Shown here in pieces: positions 1 to 13,180 of a stretch of DNA of 64,000 nucleotides. A model generated the notes under the pieces. It saw only the letters and a list, made by a program, of their open reading frames with translations. It did no database searches and was not told the origin of the DNA. Source of the stretch: Octopus sinensis. Lineage: Eukaryota. A program made the translations under genes and the position numbers. Position 1 is the stretch's first letter; each line of letters begins with the position of its first letter. The DNA lies in the NCBI RefSeq assembly GCF_006345805.1, contig NC_043015.1, positions 1,054,001 through 1,118,000 on the forward strand, read 5' to 3'.

Positions 1-180
1 ATGGGCCGTGACAGTACAAACTCTGACATCGTAAGAGCGTAACACATTAAATTAGGTGAAGCTTTTCAGTTAGACACGGTCTGGGTTACTTTTTGTCCGA
101 AGCACACTTAAGCTTATACACTCACACATGCCCACTCGCTCACCTACATACATACACACGCATACATATATACATACATA

Positions 181-235
<55 letters not shown>

Positions 236-315
236 ATAACGCATATATATACATATATGTGTGTGTATGTATATATATCTATGTATGTATATGTATATAT
301 ATAATATATATATAA

Positions 316-540
316 GGCGGCGAGCTGGCAGAAACGTTAGCGCGCCGGGCGAAATGCTTAGGGGTATTTTGTCAGTCGTTACGTTCTGAGTTCAAATTCC
401 GCCGAGGTCGACTTTGCCTTTCATCCTTTCGGGGTCGTTAAATAAAGTTCCAGCTTCGCACTGGGGTCGATGTAATCGACTTAATCAGTTTGTCTGTCCT
501 TGTTTGTCCCCTCTATGTTTATCCCTTTGTGGGCAATAAA
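316..540 (+). mobile_element. tRNA-headed SINE family A, near full-length copy
   Basis: Head GGCGGCGAGCTGGCAGAAACGTTAGC (A-box-like), B-box GAGTTCAAATTCC, central GCCTTTCATCCTTTCGGGGTCG (resembles the Nin SINE domain). Sits in (TA)n; more than 10 related copies in the window. Confidence 0.9.
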
Positions 541-553
541 TATATATATATAT

Positions 554-596
<43 letters not shown>

Positions 597-1304
597 TACA
601 TGTATATATATGTATATATATGTATATATATATATATATAATTCCTTTTTTATGAGTTTATTCTATTATCTCCGAAATTAAATATATAACACAAGATAAA
701 TTTCAGTTCAAAATCAGGGCAATTGCTCCTCTTTACACCTCATCAACTTTAAACTTTCAATATACATTCCTTAACTCCTCACCTGAAAAATCTTTCAAAG
801 TCAGGCAACCTGTGTGGGCTATGGAAAGTAGTGTTAAGACACTACGACTATCAATGTGGGAAAAACAGTTGGTCATTATTGCAGGTAGTTTTGAATGTGG
901 GAGAGACGAGAAGAGACACTGAAGCTACAATGAATGACTTTAACGTAACTCAACAAAAGGCTAAGATCTTAAGCATTGAAATCTTAAATAGAATCCTCCA
1001 ACAATAAAGAGACTTATTGACAACAGAATCAAACACATTGTATGTTCGTTCGAATTATCCCACACAGAAGCACACACATTTAACTCCATACACACCAATC
1101 CACACAAACGCATACAGACTACTAGAAGCGGGCACACACACATCCATATATACGTATGCATGAAATACATGAAATACATATATAAATATATATATATATA
1201 TATATACATGTATTATATACAAATTCGTACATATGTGTATACATGTATATATATATATTTAAATGTATACACACATGCATTTATATATATATATATGTGT
1301 ATAT

Positions 1305-1714
1305 ACTCTTTTACTTTTTTTAGTCCTTTGACTTTGGCCATGCTGGAGCACCGCCTGTATTCGAACAAATCGACCCCAGGAATTATTCTTTGTAAACCTA
1401 GTACTTATTCTAGCGGTTTCTCTTGCCGAATCGCTAAGTTACGGGGTCGTAACACACCATCGGTCGTTAAGCGATGTTGGGAGTTAAAGACAGACACACA
1501 AACGTATACACACACACACACATACACGCACACACATACATACACATATATACGACGGGCTTCTCTCAGGTTCCATCTACCAAATCGACTCACAAGAATT
1601 TGGTAGGTCTGAGGCTATAGTAGAAGACACTTTCCAAGTTGCCACGCAGTGGGACTGAACACGGAACCATGTGATTGGTAAGCAAGCTACTTACAACACA
1701 GCCACTTCTACACC

Positions 1715-1715
<1 letters not shown>
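1305..1715 (-). mobile_element. tRNA-headed SINE family B, full-length copy
   Basis: Minus strand reads AGTGGCTGTGTTGTAAG (A box) ... GTTCAGTCCC (B box), with an internal (CA)n. Colinear with copies at 53409 and 57507. Confidence 0.88.
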
Positions 1716-1753
<38 letters not shown>

Positions 1754-1930
1754 ACAAACATATAAGGGATGGCCATAATAGGACATCCGATTCACATCTT
1801 ATGATCATGCCTTATATGTTTGAATGTATATTACATAGTCTTTTGACTATTTTGTCTTTCTCACTTGACCGCTGGTAGCGGCGAAGTTTTCTAGAATATT
1901 TTGCTACCCTATAATTTATTAATATATGTA

Positions 1931-1976
<46 letters not shown>

Positions 1977-3274
1977 ATATATATAATATATATATAGTAT
2001 ATATATATAAAGATGTAAGAGAAAAATATAAAAAGCGAAAATAAGTGTTACGTCCTCTTTGATTGCAAAAGTCATAATTAAACTAGTTGTAGATAAATTC
2101 AGAAATATGTGCCATCCAGTGCACCAAAAGGAATTTTCCCATATGTTTGTATTTAATGACAATTTCGAATTTCCTAGAATCATTTGGTATAGTTGAATAC
2201 ATAGAACTAAAAAGAATGTGCGCATATTCAGCTATGAAAACGCTTCATTTCTAAGAGGTTTCTCAGCCTCGATACGAATCTCCAAGGCAAGAAATTATTG
2301 GTAGCACACAACCTTATTCTGTGTACATTAAATTATATTCAATAATCACTGTATGGAATACTTCTTTGTTGATCTTAACTAAACGGAACAGTAAATTTTA
2401 TACATACTTTCATATATACATACCCCGCCCAAAAACACGCAGATGCACACATAAACAAATAAAGTCATATATATAGGTACAATATATATACTTATAAATT
2501 AAAGGTTATAAATAGAAAACTTAATTAAAGTGTACTGTGGGTATTTTACATCTACATTTAGCATATAGGTGCTGGCATTCCAGACCCCTGAATTATAAAT
2601 ATGCTTTGTAATTATATAATTAAAAATTAATTTTACCCATGTAATCACTTTATATAAGCTAGCCACTGATATAATCATTTTAATGATTATATCCTTAATT
2701 AATTAGTATAAATAAATTTTGCGTTCTGTAGTCATTACCTTATACGGCGGGACTGCATTTACGCCGTATGTTTTCTGACATTAACCACATGTGCGAGATG
2801 GGCTAGTAGATTGAACGTATAACCGGGAAATGCATGAGTATGGTGGTATCTACATTTAGATTTATTAGTATATGTATATGTATTCCTTGCTTATAAGTTT
2901 ATCTCTGTATTTCTAAGAAGGAGGGCAAAGCAATTTCTATTGCACAGCATAAAATCTTAAGATATAGATAGGATTATCCGAATTTTTGTAAATCTTCTTG
3001 CTAATTACTTTGCATCAAACATTGGGTTATACATAACAAAACTAATTTACAGTGGATTGTAGGTATTTGACATCTACAATTAGCGTATAGGCAGCAGCAC
3101 ACCACAGCCCTTAATTATAATTATATTTTATAATTTTATACTTAAAAATTAATACTGTAAAACAAAGCACCGTCAGCTTAAAGTATAAATAAGTATATAT
3201 ATATATATATATATGGATACATATATATGCATACATACATATATATACATACACACACACACGCACACACACAC

Positions 3275-3307
<33 letters not shown>

Positions 3308-3310
3308 TAT

Positions 3311-3344
<34 letters not shown>

Positions 3345-5175
3345 GTAAAGCTTTACTATAGCGTCGTATATTATCAACTGCTTTTTCAAGTACTTGGTGC
3401 ATTGTTGTAATATTATCTTATTTATATTCATATACATACATACATACATATACATATATATAGATATATATACATGAGAATTATATATAAGGGTATGTAA
3501 GAGATATCACCATACTTGAAATAGCAGTCGAAACCTGCATTATTCCCATGCTGCCATTTGATTTGATCGTTATTTAAACAAAGGTGCTTTCCTTATTTCT
3601 ATAGAAATACGTACATGCATACAAATATATACATGTATATATACATACATACATTATATATATATATATATATATATAATTTTATCAGAAAAGCACCATA
3701 TTTTAAAGGGCCGTATAAGTAAACACAAAACAACAAAAAAGAACTGAAGAAGCAAAACTAAAAATACACCACTTCGCGATACACCTGTTGATTCCTCATG
3801 TTTACGTGATTTGACATTCACTCTTCGATTTTCCACTGTTTTCCATTACACCTTTTAAAATTTCTATATGTATAATAAGACATATTTTATACGCATACAG
3901 ACAAGCACGCACACACAAACAGACATACATACATATAAACACACACATGCACATAAATATTTATATATACATATATTTTATGTATATATACGACTTTATT
4001 GTTTTTCTTATCTTTGCATTGTTGTTTTTTTTCATTTTTTGCAGGGATTGTTATTTTGATTGTTAATTTCTGGGAATTTTGAATGTCCCCGAAGCTGACT
4101 TGTGACTAGAGATAATTCTTCCCTTCCCGTCTCTTATGACGAACGAAGTCTACATCAGCAATACGCTACGAAAGCTGAGTGAATTATATATATATATATA
4201 TATTGCATGATAATTTACGACCGACTCCAAGAGTAAAGTATCTTAGACAGCTGTCTGTGCACATGCTATATTCATACAGTGATTCACTTTAGGTAACATG
4301 GCTGAAGCGACTAGCTAGTGTTTCTTATATACGTATATACTAAGACGACAGACACTCATCCGCGCACACTTGAGCATTTACTCACGCACGCAGTCATAGA
4401 CACACATCATACATACGCATGCATATATATGGCCGTAGCTCTGATCTGAAACTTAAAAACAAAAAAAAAATATATATATATATATACATATACATACATA
4501 TAGGCACACACTCACATATATACATATGAATACATATATATATATGTACATATATATATATACACACATAGATATACATATATATATAGAGAGATATGTA
4601 TATATTTATATATATATGTATTTATATATACATACACATATAAAAATATATACATCTCTCTCTATATATATATGTATGTATATCTATGTGTATATATATA
4701 TGTATATACAAGCGTGTGTATGTGCGCGCGCGAGCGTGTGTTTGCTTCCATAGATAGTTTCATAGATATAAATATGCATAAGCATGTGTTTGTGTACGTG
4801 ACACTTTATCTTAGGCTGAGAGTAGGTTTGGTGTGTGCATGTGCACAGATATACTTACACCCAGATATATGCGGAGCATGACTAGTAGCTTCTGCAGCAA
4901 TATACCTTTATGGAACATCTTAAATGACACACACATACACAATATTCACGTTGCTAGAAACACCGCAACGTAGAGAGGAATAAAACAAATCTCATATAAG
5001 CATAAAGCAGGTACATTTATGCAAGGGCATACTCCTTTGTCGACGGACAACGAGAGACACAAATATGACGTATCACTTAAAGTACATCGCCGACCGTACA
5101 GAATAGAAAAAAACTGGCACTAGACACACACACTCTCGTATACATATGAAGGATATACTCAAACATACATACATG

Positions 5176-5712
5176 CACAATAATTCTGATATAATAATTT
5201 GGGATAGAGAAGAGAAACTGTGCACAGTCGTGGAGATTAGCTACCCAGCAGGTGTTAACTTAAATGTGAAGATCAATGAAAAAGCGAGCACCTATGCTGC
5301 ACTATTGAGAAAGATGCGTTTACTCTATCGACACTACAATTTCAGGTTTATACCTGTAATTATTGGGGCCCTTGGATATGCAACACACTGGCTAAACTCC
5401 AGTCTTGAAAAATTAGGCTTCTCAAAACCAGAAAGGAGAAAGCTAATTCGAAGACTGCAGATCAAATCCAACACTGGATCTGTAAAAATCTATTAAGTTT
5501 CCAGATGTTTATCATTTAAATATATATATTAGCATGTCTAGATATGCAACTATATGCACAAGAATACATACATACAACATACAAATCTGTACATACATAC
5601 ATAAAAGCGAAAATACCCTGTTGTTGAAGGTGAAATTCCAATGACGGAACATTGGATCTAGATTAGAAACCGGTCCTTTCTATATTGGCCACAAATCTTG
5701 AAATAAACTTAA
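5176..5712 (+). mobile_element. 5'-truncated R4/Dong-like non-LTR retrotransposon: REL endonuclease C-terminus and 3' UTR
   Basis: ORF 5146-5496 has SDIIIWDREEKLCTVVEISYP...EKASTYAALL...FIPVIIGALG, a PD-(D/E)xK REL pattern. The 3' UTR matches 30250-30462. Confidence 0.85.
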
Positions 5713-5723
5713 TGAAATCCATG

Positions 5724-5943
5724 AAAAGATGTACTCACTCTTTGACTTCCCAGTACTCATGCATTTTGTTTTGAAGTAGATGTTTATTGATATACATACA
5801 ATCCTAAAAAGTTAAATCAAATTCAGGAAAATAAATTGTTGAAGAAAGAATTATTGAGTGTCATTTGCAATTATTTAATGTTCTAATTCCTGCGAATTAG
5901 TAATCGTCTGTCAAGAGTGAGTACATCTTTTGGGGACACCCTG
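5724..5943. mobile_element. Tc1/mariner-type MITE with truncated left TIR
   Basis: Inverted repeat AAAAGATGTACTCACTCTTTGAC (5724-5746) vs GTCAAGAGTGAGTACATCTTTT (5910-5931). Right end GGGGACACCCTG is Tc1-like. Confidence 0.7.
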
Positions 5944-5951
5944 TCTACATA

Positions 5952-6059
<108 letters not shown>

Positions 6060-6074
6060 TGTGTGTATCTTGTT

Positions 6075-6292
6075 TTCTATTTGCTTCAGGAGATGCTGAT
6101 ATGTTTCTGGCCATAAGCGTATCGCAAAAGGCCAGATTTCCAAGTACATATACTTGGACTAGAGAAACTCTGAGGACCGGTGCAATAAGCGTGTGTGAGT
6201 ATGGGAAGGGAATATGTTGAATAAAATCATAACAGATCCTCCTGTATTTCATTTTACTCGAAGCCAGGAAGTTTTCAGCTCCCACTCGTGTA
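6075..6292 (+). mobile_element. mariner transposon 3' end remnant
   Basis: GGGAATATGTTGAATAA encodes the ...EYVE* mariner transposase terminus, followed by a TIR-like AAGTTTTCAGCTCCCACTCGTG. Confidence 0.55.
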
Positions 6293-6418
6293 TATACATA
6301 CATATACGTATATATATATAACGGGAAGCTTTATGAAAATAAACAAAAGACGAAGGCAGGTGGAAAACAAACGAACAATTGTATTAGTATGGCGCTCAGG
6401 AAATATAAATAAAACAAG

Positions 6419-6457
6419 TCTTTAACGTTTCGAGCCATACGCTCTTCAACAGAAAGA
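6419..6457 (-). ncRNA. Minimal type I hammerhead-like motif, copy 1 (PLE terminus)
   Basis: TCTTT-CTGTTGA-A-GAGC(GTATG)GCTC-GAAA-CG-TT-AAAGA: stem I, variant core, stem II, palindromic ACGT stem III. Confidence 0.7.
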
Positions 6458-6639
6458 TACACGAGAGAGAAAAACACAGAGAAGTAGGAGAGAAAAAAAA
6501 TGCGTGCAGTAGCTAACGAATCAACATGGCGATCTGATTTCGGCCAGAGGTCAAAGATCAAACATGAGACGCGAGAGCAAAATAAGGGGAGATAATAGGG
6601 TTGATAAACGGGTGAGGGACCAGCTAAAAGTGCGTGGAG

Positions 6640-6968
6640 GGGTCTGGATGTGTGTATGTATAGGGTTGGTGTATGTATTAGTATGTATAAGGGTGTGTGT
6701 GTGTGTGTGTGTGTGTGTATGAGAGAGTATTAGTGCGTAAGATTGGTCTGGACGTGCGTATGTATGGGGTTGGTGTATGTATTAGTATGTATTAGTATGT
6801 ATTAGTACGTATTGGTATGTATAGGTATGTGGTGTGTGTGTGTGAGAGAGTATAAGTGCGTATGCGGGGTCTGGACGTGTGTATGTATAGGGTGGTGTAA
6901 GTATTAGTATATACTAGTATGTATTAGTACGTATTAGTATGTATTAGTTGGTGTGTGTATTAGTATGG
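6640..6968. repeat. Three ~105-120 bp tandem units in the PLE 3' region
   Basis: GGTCTGGAYGTG...GGTGTATGTATTAGTATG recurs near 6640, 6746 and 6868, with (TATTAGTATG)n sub-repeats. Confidence 0.8.
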
Positions 6969-7007
6969 CACATCATGTGATGTGATGTGTAAAGTCATGT
7001 GGTGTAG

Positions 7008-7335
7008 TGAGGAGAAGAGGGGAAGGGGGAGAAGAAAGGGGGGAGGGGGAGAAGAGGAGGAGAAGAGGGGGAGAAGAAGAGGGGGAGGAGAAGGGGGAAG
7101 AGGAGAGGAGGGGGGAGAGGAAGGGGAGGAGGGGGATGAAGGAGGAAGAGGGAGGGGGGGGAGAGAGGGAGTGAGGGAGCAGAGGGAAGAGGGAGGGGAA
7201 GAGCGAGCGAGGGAAAGAGGGAAGCAGGGAAGGGGAGTAGGGGTGAAAGGATGAAGGACTGAAGAAGTAGGGGTGGGGGAGAAAGGATAGGTGAGGAGGG
7301 GGGAGAGGGGGTGGGTTTAGATGAGGAGGGGGGAG
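7008..7335 (+). repeat. Polypurine G/A-rich tract
   Basis: About 330 nt of almost pure G/A with many GGG+ runs. Confidence 0.9.
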
Positions 7336-7374
7336 CGTTGAGACCAAATGGCGTATAAGAGCGAAGAAAGAAGA

Positions 7375-8293
7375 TTAATTCTGTTCACGGCGCAAACGGG
7401 AATCCGGATGGCCTCTGTGTAAGGACAAACGAACACAGATAGGTGTTGCAAGGAGTGACCGGTGGAGCGGAAATGGCGTGAGACCGGTTGTGTCGTTCGC
7501 AAGGTGGATGTCACGAAGGTGTTCCGCGAACCGGTCAGCCAAGCGGCGTCCCGTTTGTCCGATGTACAAGGAATTGCAGAGAGAGCAAGAGATGCAATAG
7601 ATAATATTGCTGGAGGTGCAGGTGAAGGAGTGGATGATGGATAGGGTCGATGGTGGGTGCTAGTGAGGCGGGTGGTGTTGGAGAGGTAAGGGCAAGTGCG
7701 GCAACGTGGGCGGGAGCAGGGGAACGAGCCGGGTTGGGAGGTAGGGTCAGGGAAGGAGCTATGGACCAAAAGGTCTCGAAGTTGTGGGCTCGTTTGAAAG
7801 AGGGGAGGGGTCGGTTAGGGAAGAGGTGTGAAGTGGACGGGTCGGACTGGAGATGACGGAAAGCTCGAAGAATGGTGCGTTGGAGACGTAGGGTCGTGGG
7901 GTGGTAAGTGAGGGGAAAAGGGAGGCGGGAGACTACAGGGCGGGTTCGGGGAGAGAGAGCAGATACACGGTCCACGGACCGTGCTCTGGCAAGGGCGGTG
8001 TGGATAGTGGTGAGGGGGTATCCACGTAGGGTGAAGTGGTGAGCCATACGTTGAGACTGAGTCTCAAAGTCATGGTCGTCACTACAGAGCCTACGTAGAC
8101 GGAGGAATTGGGAATAGGGGATGGAAAGCTTGGTGTGTTCTGGGTGGGAGGAGGAAGAGAAGTTGAGGTATGAGTGTGAGTCTGTGTGTTTGTAGTGAAT
8201 GGAGGTGGTAAGAGTGGAGTGAAGAATGCTAACGAAATGTCGAGGAAGGAGACAGAGGTGTTGGAGATAGTGGAAGTGAAGTGGAGGGCTGGT
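7375..8293 (-). pseudogene. Disrupted PLE RT C-terminus/GIY-YIG endonuclease coding region
   Basis: Motifs are split among ORFs 7933-8505, 7535-8359, 7317-7769 and 7375-7569, indicating several frameshifts. Confidence 0.88.
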
Positions 8294-8296
8294 ATA

Positions 8297-8360
<64 letters not shown>

Positions 8361-8628
8361 CATATATATATATATACATAGCTATTATAGATAGATATAG
8401 ATATATGTATACATATATATTCCTATATACACACACCCACGCGCACGCACACACATACATATGCACCAACCTAGTGCTAACGTAAATAGTATCAAAACTA
8501 CTCAATCAATTTTGTTTAAATTGTGACATAGTTTTTATATTGTCTAATAAACATTTTGTATTAATAGCAATATGTGGACACAGAACCACACTTATACACG
8601 AGCATATGTGTGAATGTATGTTATATAT

Positions 8629-8962
<334 letters not shown>

Positions 8963-9538
8963 TGCTTACATACATTCATATATGCATACACAAAACCCTG
9001 CATACACGCATACTTTATTAGCGAACTTGACATGTTTTCGCACTCATTACCAAGACTTCCCTTCAGATATTCTTCTTCTTCGGCTTCATTTGGGTCTGAA
9101 AATATTTATAAGTATACTGAACAGTGTTTCTGAAAATTCGAGTTGAAAGTCATTAAATAATTATATGATCTTCTTTGAACTCAATGATATCATACGCATA
9201 TGCACGCAAGCACACTTTCGAATACATGTCACTGCGTATATACATATACATATATATATATTTATGTATATATAATATATATATTATATATATATAATAT
9301 ATATATATATACATGTATATATATACGTATATACATATATAAGTGTATATAACCATACATGTAGGCCTGTGCGTGTGAATTGTATAGTTCTATAGATACA
9401 AACATATGCATAGCTACCATATACATGTATATATACGCACACATACATGCATATGGCTGTGCGCATGTGTACAAACAACAGCCATTAGAACTCCCCCACA
9501 TAGATTAATTTTCATGAAACTTGTCATTCAGCGTGCGC

Positions 9539-9569
<31 letters not shown>

Positions 9570-10594
9570 CATGAACATGTATATATTCAGAAAAATGTAT
9601 GTCTATATGTGTGTGTGTGTGTGTGTGTGCATGCTCGTGCGTGTCTCTATGTATAAATACATATATTTATGTTCAATATACATGTATAAATATGTTTACA
9701 TATAAACATATAAATATATATATATATATATATACACCTAGTTACATATATTTGTTTACCCTATTACTCAACAGCGTACCCATATGCATACACCTACATG
9801 TTACGCTCATGACGTTGTAATTATTGTCGTTTTTCTATAAGTTAATGCGTGTTTGTGCAAGTCTGTGTATATGTTCGGTTTTGGAAGTATGTATATATAA
9901 ATATATATAACGCAATTAACACACACGTCTATATGGTGTTAAAGACGTATGTATAAATTAATTTCCGATGTATTGAAGCATTTTTGCTCAATTCTCCGCT
10001 TTTCCTTACAAAAGCTCTGCTAAATATCCCATAGTGTTAGTGAAATGGAGTTATTTACAATTAGCTGTCATAACTACGAATATTATGATTATTTTAGAAG
10101 CACTCCAATAAAATGCGAGCGCAAAAAGAAAATAAACAAAACAAAACCAGAGTAATAAAAGGCATAAAATAAAATTAATATATGAATGAAATCATTGAAG
10201 ACACCAAAAGAACAATGTGACAAAACATAAAACAAACGTAAAAATAAAATGTAATATTAATAACAAAAATAAAAATTTAAAAAAATAATAATTCCTCTCT
10301 TGATGACGTTTTGTACTCTAAAACGAAACGAGAATTGTAGCCAAATTCATAATATTCTTTCCACTAGACTACATTCTCATACAATTACCAAAAATTAAAA
10401 ATGCAAAACAAGAAGTAATACTTTTATCAGGAATTGCTTAAGCGGTTAAGTGATAAGCCAAAAAAAAAAAAAAAAAAAAAAGCAAAGACACAAAAACATG
10501 CAAAATGAACAAAAATAATTATATAAATATAAATAAAAATGCTATGGTATTAATAAAATATATCAAATATCTTTAGAAGTATTGATGTCGTCTA

Positions 10595-10850
<256 letters not shown>

Positions 10851-11368
10851 GAAGTAATATAATCGGCAAATGTGTACACTGTTAATATTTTCATATGAGG
10901 GATGTTTTTGGGAAAATAATTCAATGAGATTATCCAATAAACATCCTGTTGAAAATTATGAAAATTTAATTAATTAATGCATAAGCGTAAGTATGAATAC
11001 AAAAACAGCACAACCTTTACGATTCCGTTTATATTCTACAATCAACCCACTCATACCTCTTGCTCTCTGCCTCTCTATCTTGTTAATCTATCTATGTATC
11101 TATCTATCTACTTATTTATCTATCTATCTATCTATTTCTTCTTGAAATATATATCTTCTTCAATTTTTCCCTGTGTCTTTCTATGAGAATTCAGTTATCA
11201 AAATGATGGTCGCTTCAATGTGTACAGCATTTAAATATTTGATGTTCGGTTTGATTATTGTTTAGCGGGATATCACAAGATATATGTATTCAACGTAAGT
11301 AATAAGAAAATATAAAATATCTAACGCATTGAATTATATTTTAATTTTGTATATTTTTTGCCTTCCTC

Positions 11369-11437
<69 letters not shown>

Positions 11438-12212
11438 TATATATACCTGTGTATTATGTGTGCTCATGTATATATATATATAATATATATGTATATATAT
11501 ACATATATATATGTGTATGTATGTATATATATATATATATATAATATATATATATATATATACATATATGTATGCATATATTTCAAGAGAATCCATTACA
11601 TTCAAAATTAAAGAGATGTAATTGTATGAGAGTGACTTGCACAAAACATCACATAGTAATATACGTATATATACACTTCTCCAATCATACATATACACAT
11701 TCACACATATACGCTCATGCATACACAAATTTATAAATAAATACATGTGTACATAGAGGCAGTATATATATGATATTCGATAATTACATAAACAACTTAA
11801 AATAAACAACGCATAAACAACATAAATAAAATTTTGGTTAAATTTTACAGTCTAAATCCTTTAAACTTTAAAATTTTATCGGGTGACAATATATATATAT
11901 ATATATACATGCAAATTGATATATTTATGTTTGACCGCCTATGTATATGTGTGTGTATGTACGTTTATAGCAAATAAGGATGCGTATATGTTTCTTTCTT
12001 ACTTCCGACTTACGTTTCACCAATATGGCTGTTTGAATCCCGAGTATAGACGTTTCACATTCTCAAACACAACGGTACATTTTCTGCTATTATTTATATA
12101 CGTATGTATGTGTTATGAATGTATGCATGTATGTATATTTCTATCTATCAATCTATCTGTCTCTTTGTTCGTCTGTCTCTCTCCCTCTCTCTCTCTCTAT
12201 ATATATATATAT

Positions 12213-12505
12213 ATCACCGTGATCATCGTGACCGACAAGGCTATCAGATGTTGCTACACATTGCTGGTCACAATGCGCTTCGCATTGTTTTAGCTTTCAA
12301 ATGACGCCACCCCGCTGGCTAAGCGAGCAGGCCAACATAAGAAAGAGTGAGAGAAAGTTGTGGCGAAAGAGTACAGCAGGGATCGCCACCAACCCCCTGC
12401 CGGAGCCTCGTGGAGTTTTAGGTGTTTTCGCTCAATAAACACTTACAATGCCCGGTCTGGGAATCGAACCCGCGATCCTACGACCACTGGGCCATTGCGC
12501 CTCCA
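12213..12505 (-). mobile_element. tRNA-headed SINE family C
   Basis: Minus strand begins GGAGGCGCAATGGCCCAGTGGT (A box) and has GGTTCGATTCCC (B box). GC-rich body, flanked by (TA)n. Confidence 0.75.
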
Positions 12506-12511
12506 CATATA

Positions 12512-12549
<38 letters not shown>

Positions 12550-12757
12550 AATACCCCAACACACATACGCATAGACACACATATGTATGTAGATAGTAAT
12601 GTCCGATAATATAATGAATCTCCGTTAAAAAATCAACTCATGCGATTTCTGTTGCTTAATGAACAAAAGTTTTATGCCATTGCATATTCGTGCATAATAT
12701 TCAGCTTCACACATGCAGTTGTATTCTTCATGTTTGCCGCGGAAATCTGATACAACT

Positions 12758-12965
12758 CGGCGAGCTGGCAGAATCGTTTGCATGCAGGAAAAAATGCACA
12801 GCGGCATTCTGCACTTTTTTTCACTTTTGATTTCAAATTCAACCGAGGTGGTTTTTGCCTTATATGCTTTCTGGACGATAAGTAAGTAATTATTGAACTC
12901 TGGGGTCGATGTATTCGACTTATCGCCTTTCCAAGATAGCTGGCCTTGCTCCAACATTTGAAACT
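12758..12965 (+). mobile_element. SINE family A, diverged copy
   Basis: GGCGAGCTGGCAGAATCGTTTGC...TTCAAATTC...CTGGGGTCGATGTATTCGACTT. Confidence 0.75.
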
Positions 12966-13180
12966 GATATAAATGTCATATAGTTTGGGATCGATGTGGC
13001 ACAATATATTCGGCAAGATTTTACCCAGTTTCCGGATCTGAATTTCATTCGGAAATCGCGGATAAATGTGAGGCTTGAAAAAATGACACTTGCTGAAGAT
13101 TAAACTTATCAAAAACGAAACCGAGACCTACTTAACTTAATAGATATCCAGCCTTACTTTGTGTGTGAATATATATATAA

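Larger units (their letters stand above)
6321..8293 (-). mobile_element. Penelope-like element (Neptune-like), 5'-truncated and frameshifted, with hammerhead-bearing terminus
   Basis: Across frames: PALHFT...[24 protein letters not shown]...SIPYSQFLRLRRLCS...RGYP (RT thumb), PCSRPRCRTCP linker, and NIIYCISC...YIGQTGRRLADRFAEH (GIY-YIG). Both ends abut (TA)n. Confidence 0.93.

Noticed and set aside
780-1030. Gypsy integrase C-terminal remnant (FKVRQPVWA)
   Set aside because: Single short motif with no other support.
6640-6968. CRISPR-like repeat array
   Set aside because: Spacers are microsatellite-like and related to each other; eukaryotic context with no cas genes.
6982-7254. RGG/Glu-rich protein
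   Set aside because: Translation of the polypurine tract, antisense to the PLE.
12455-12505. tRNA gene calls for SINE heads (also families A and B)
   Set aside because: A/B boxes are present but there is no complete cloverleaf, and the heads are fused to repeat bodies.
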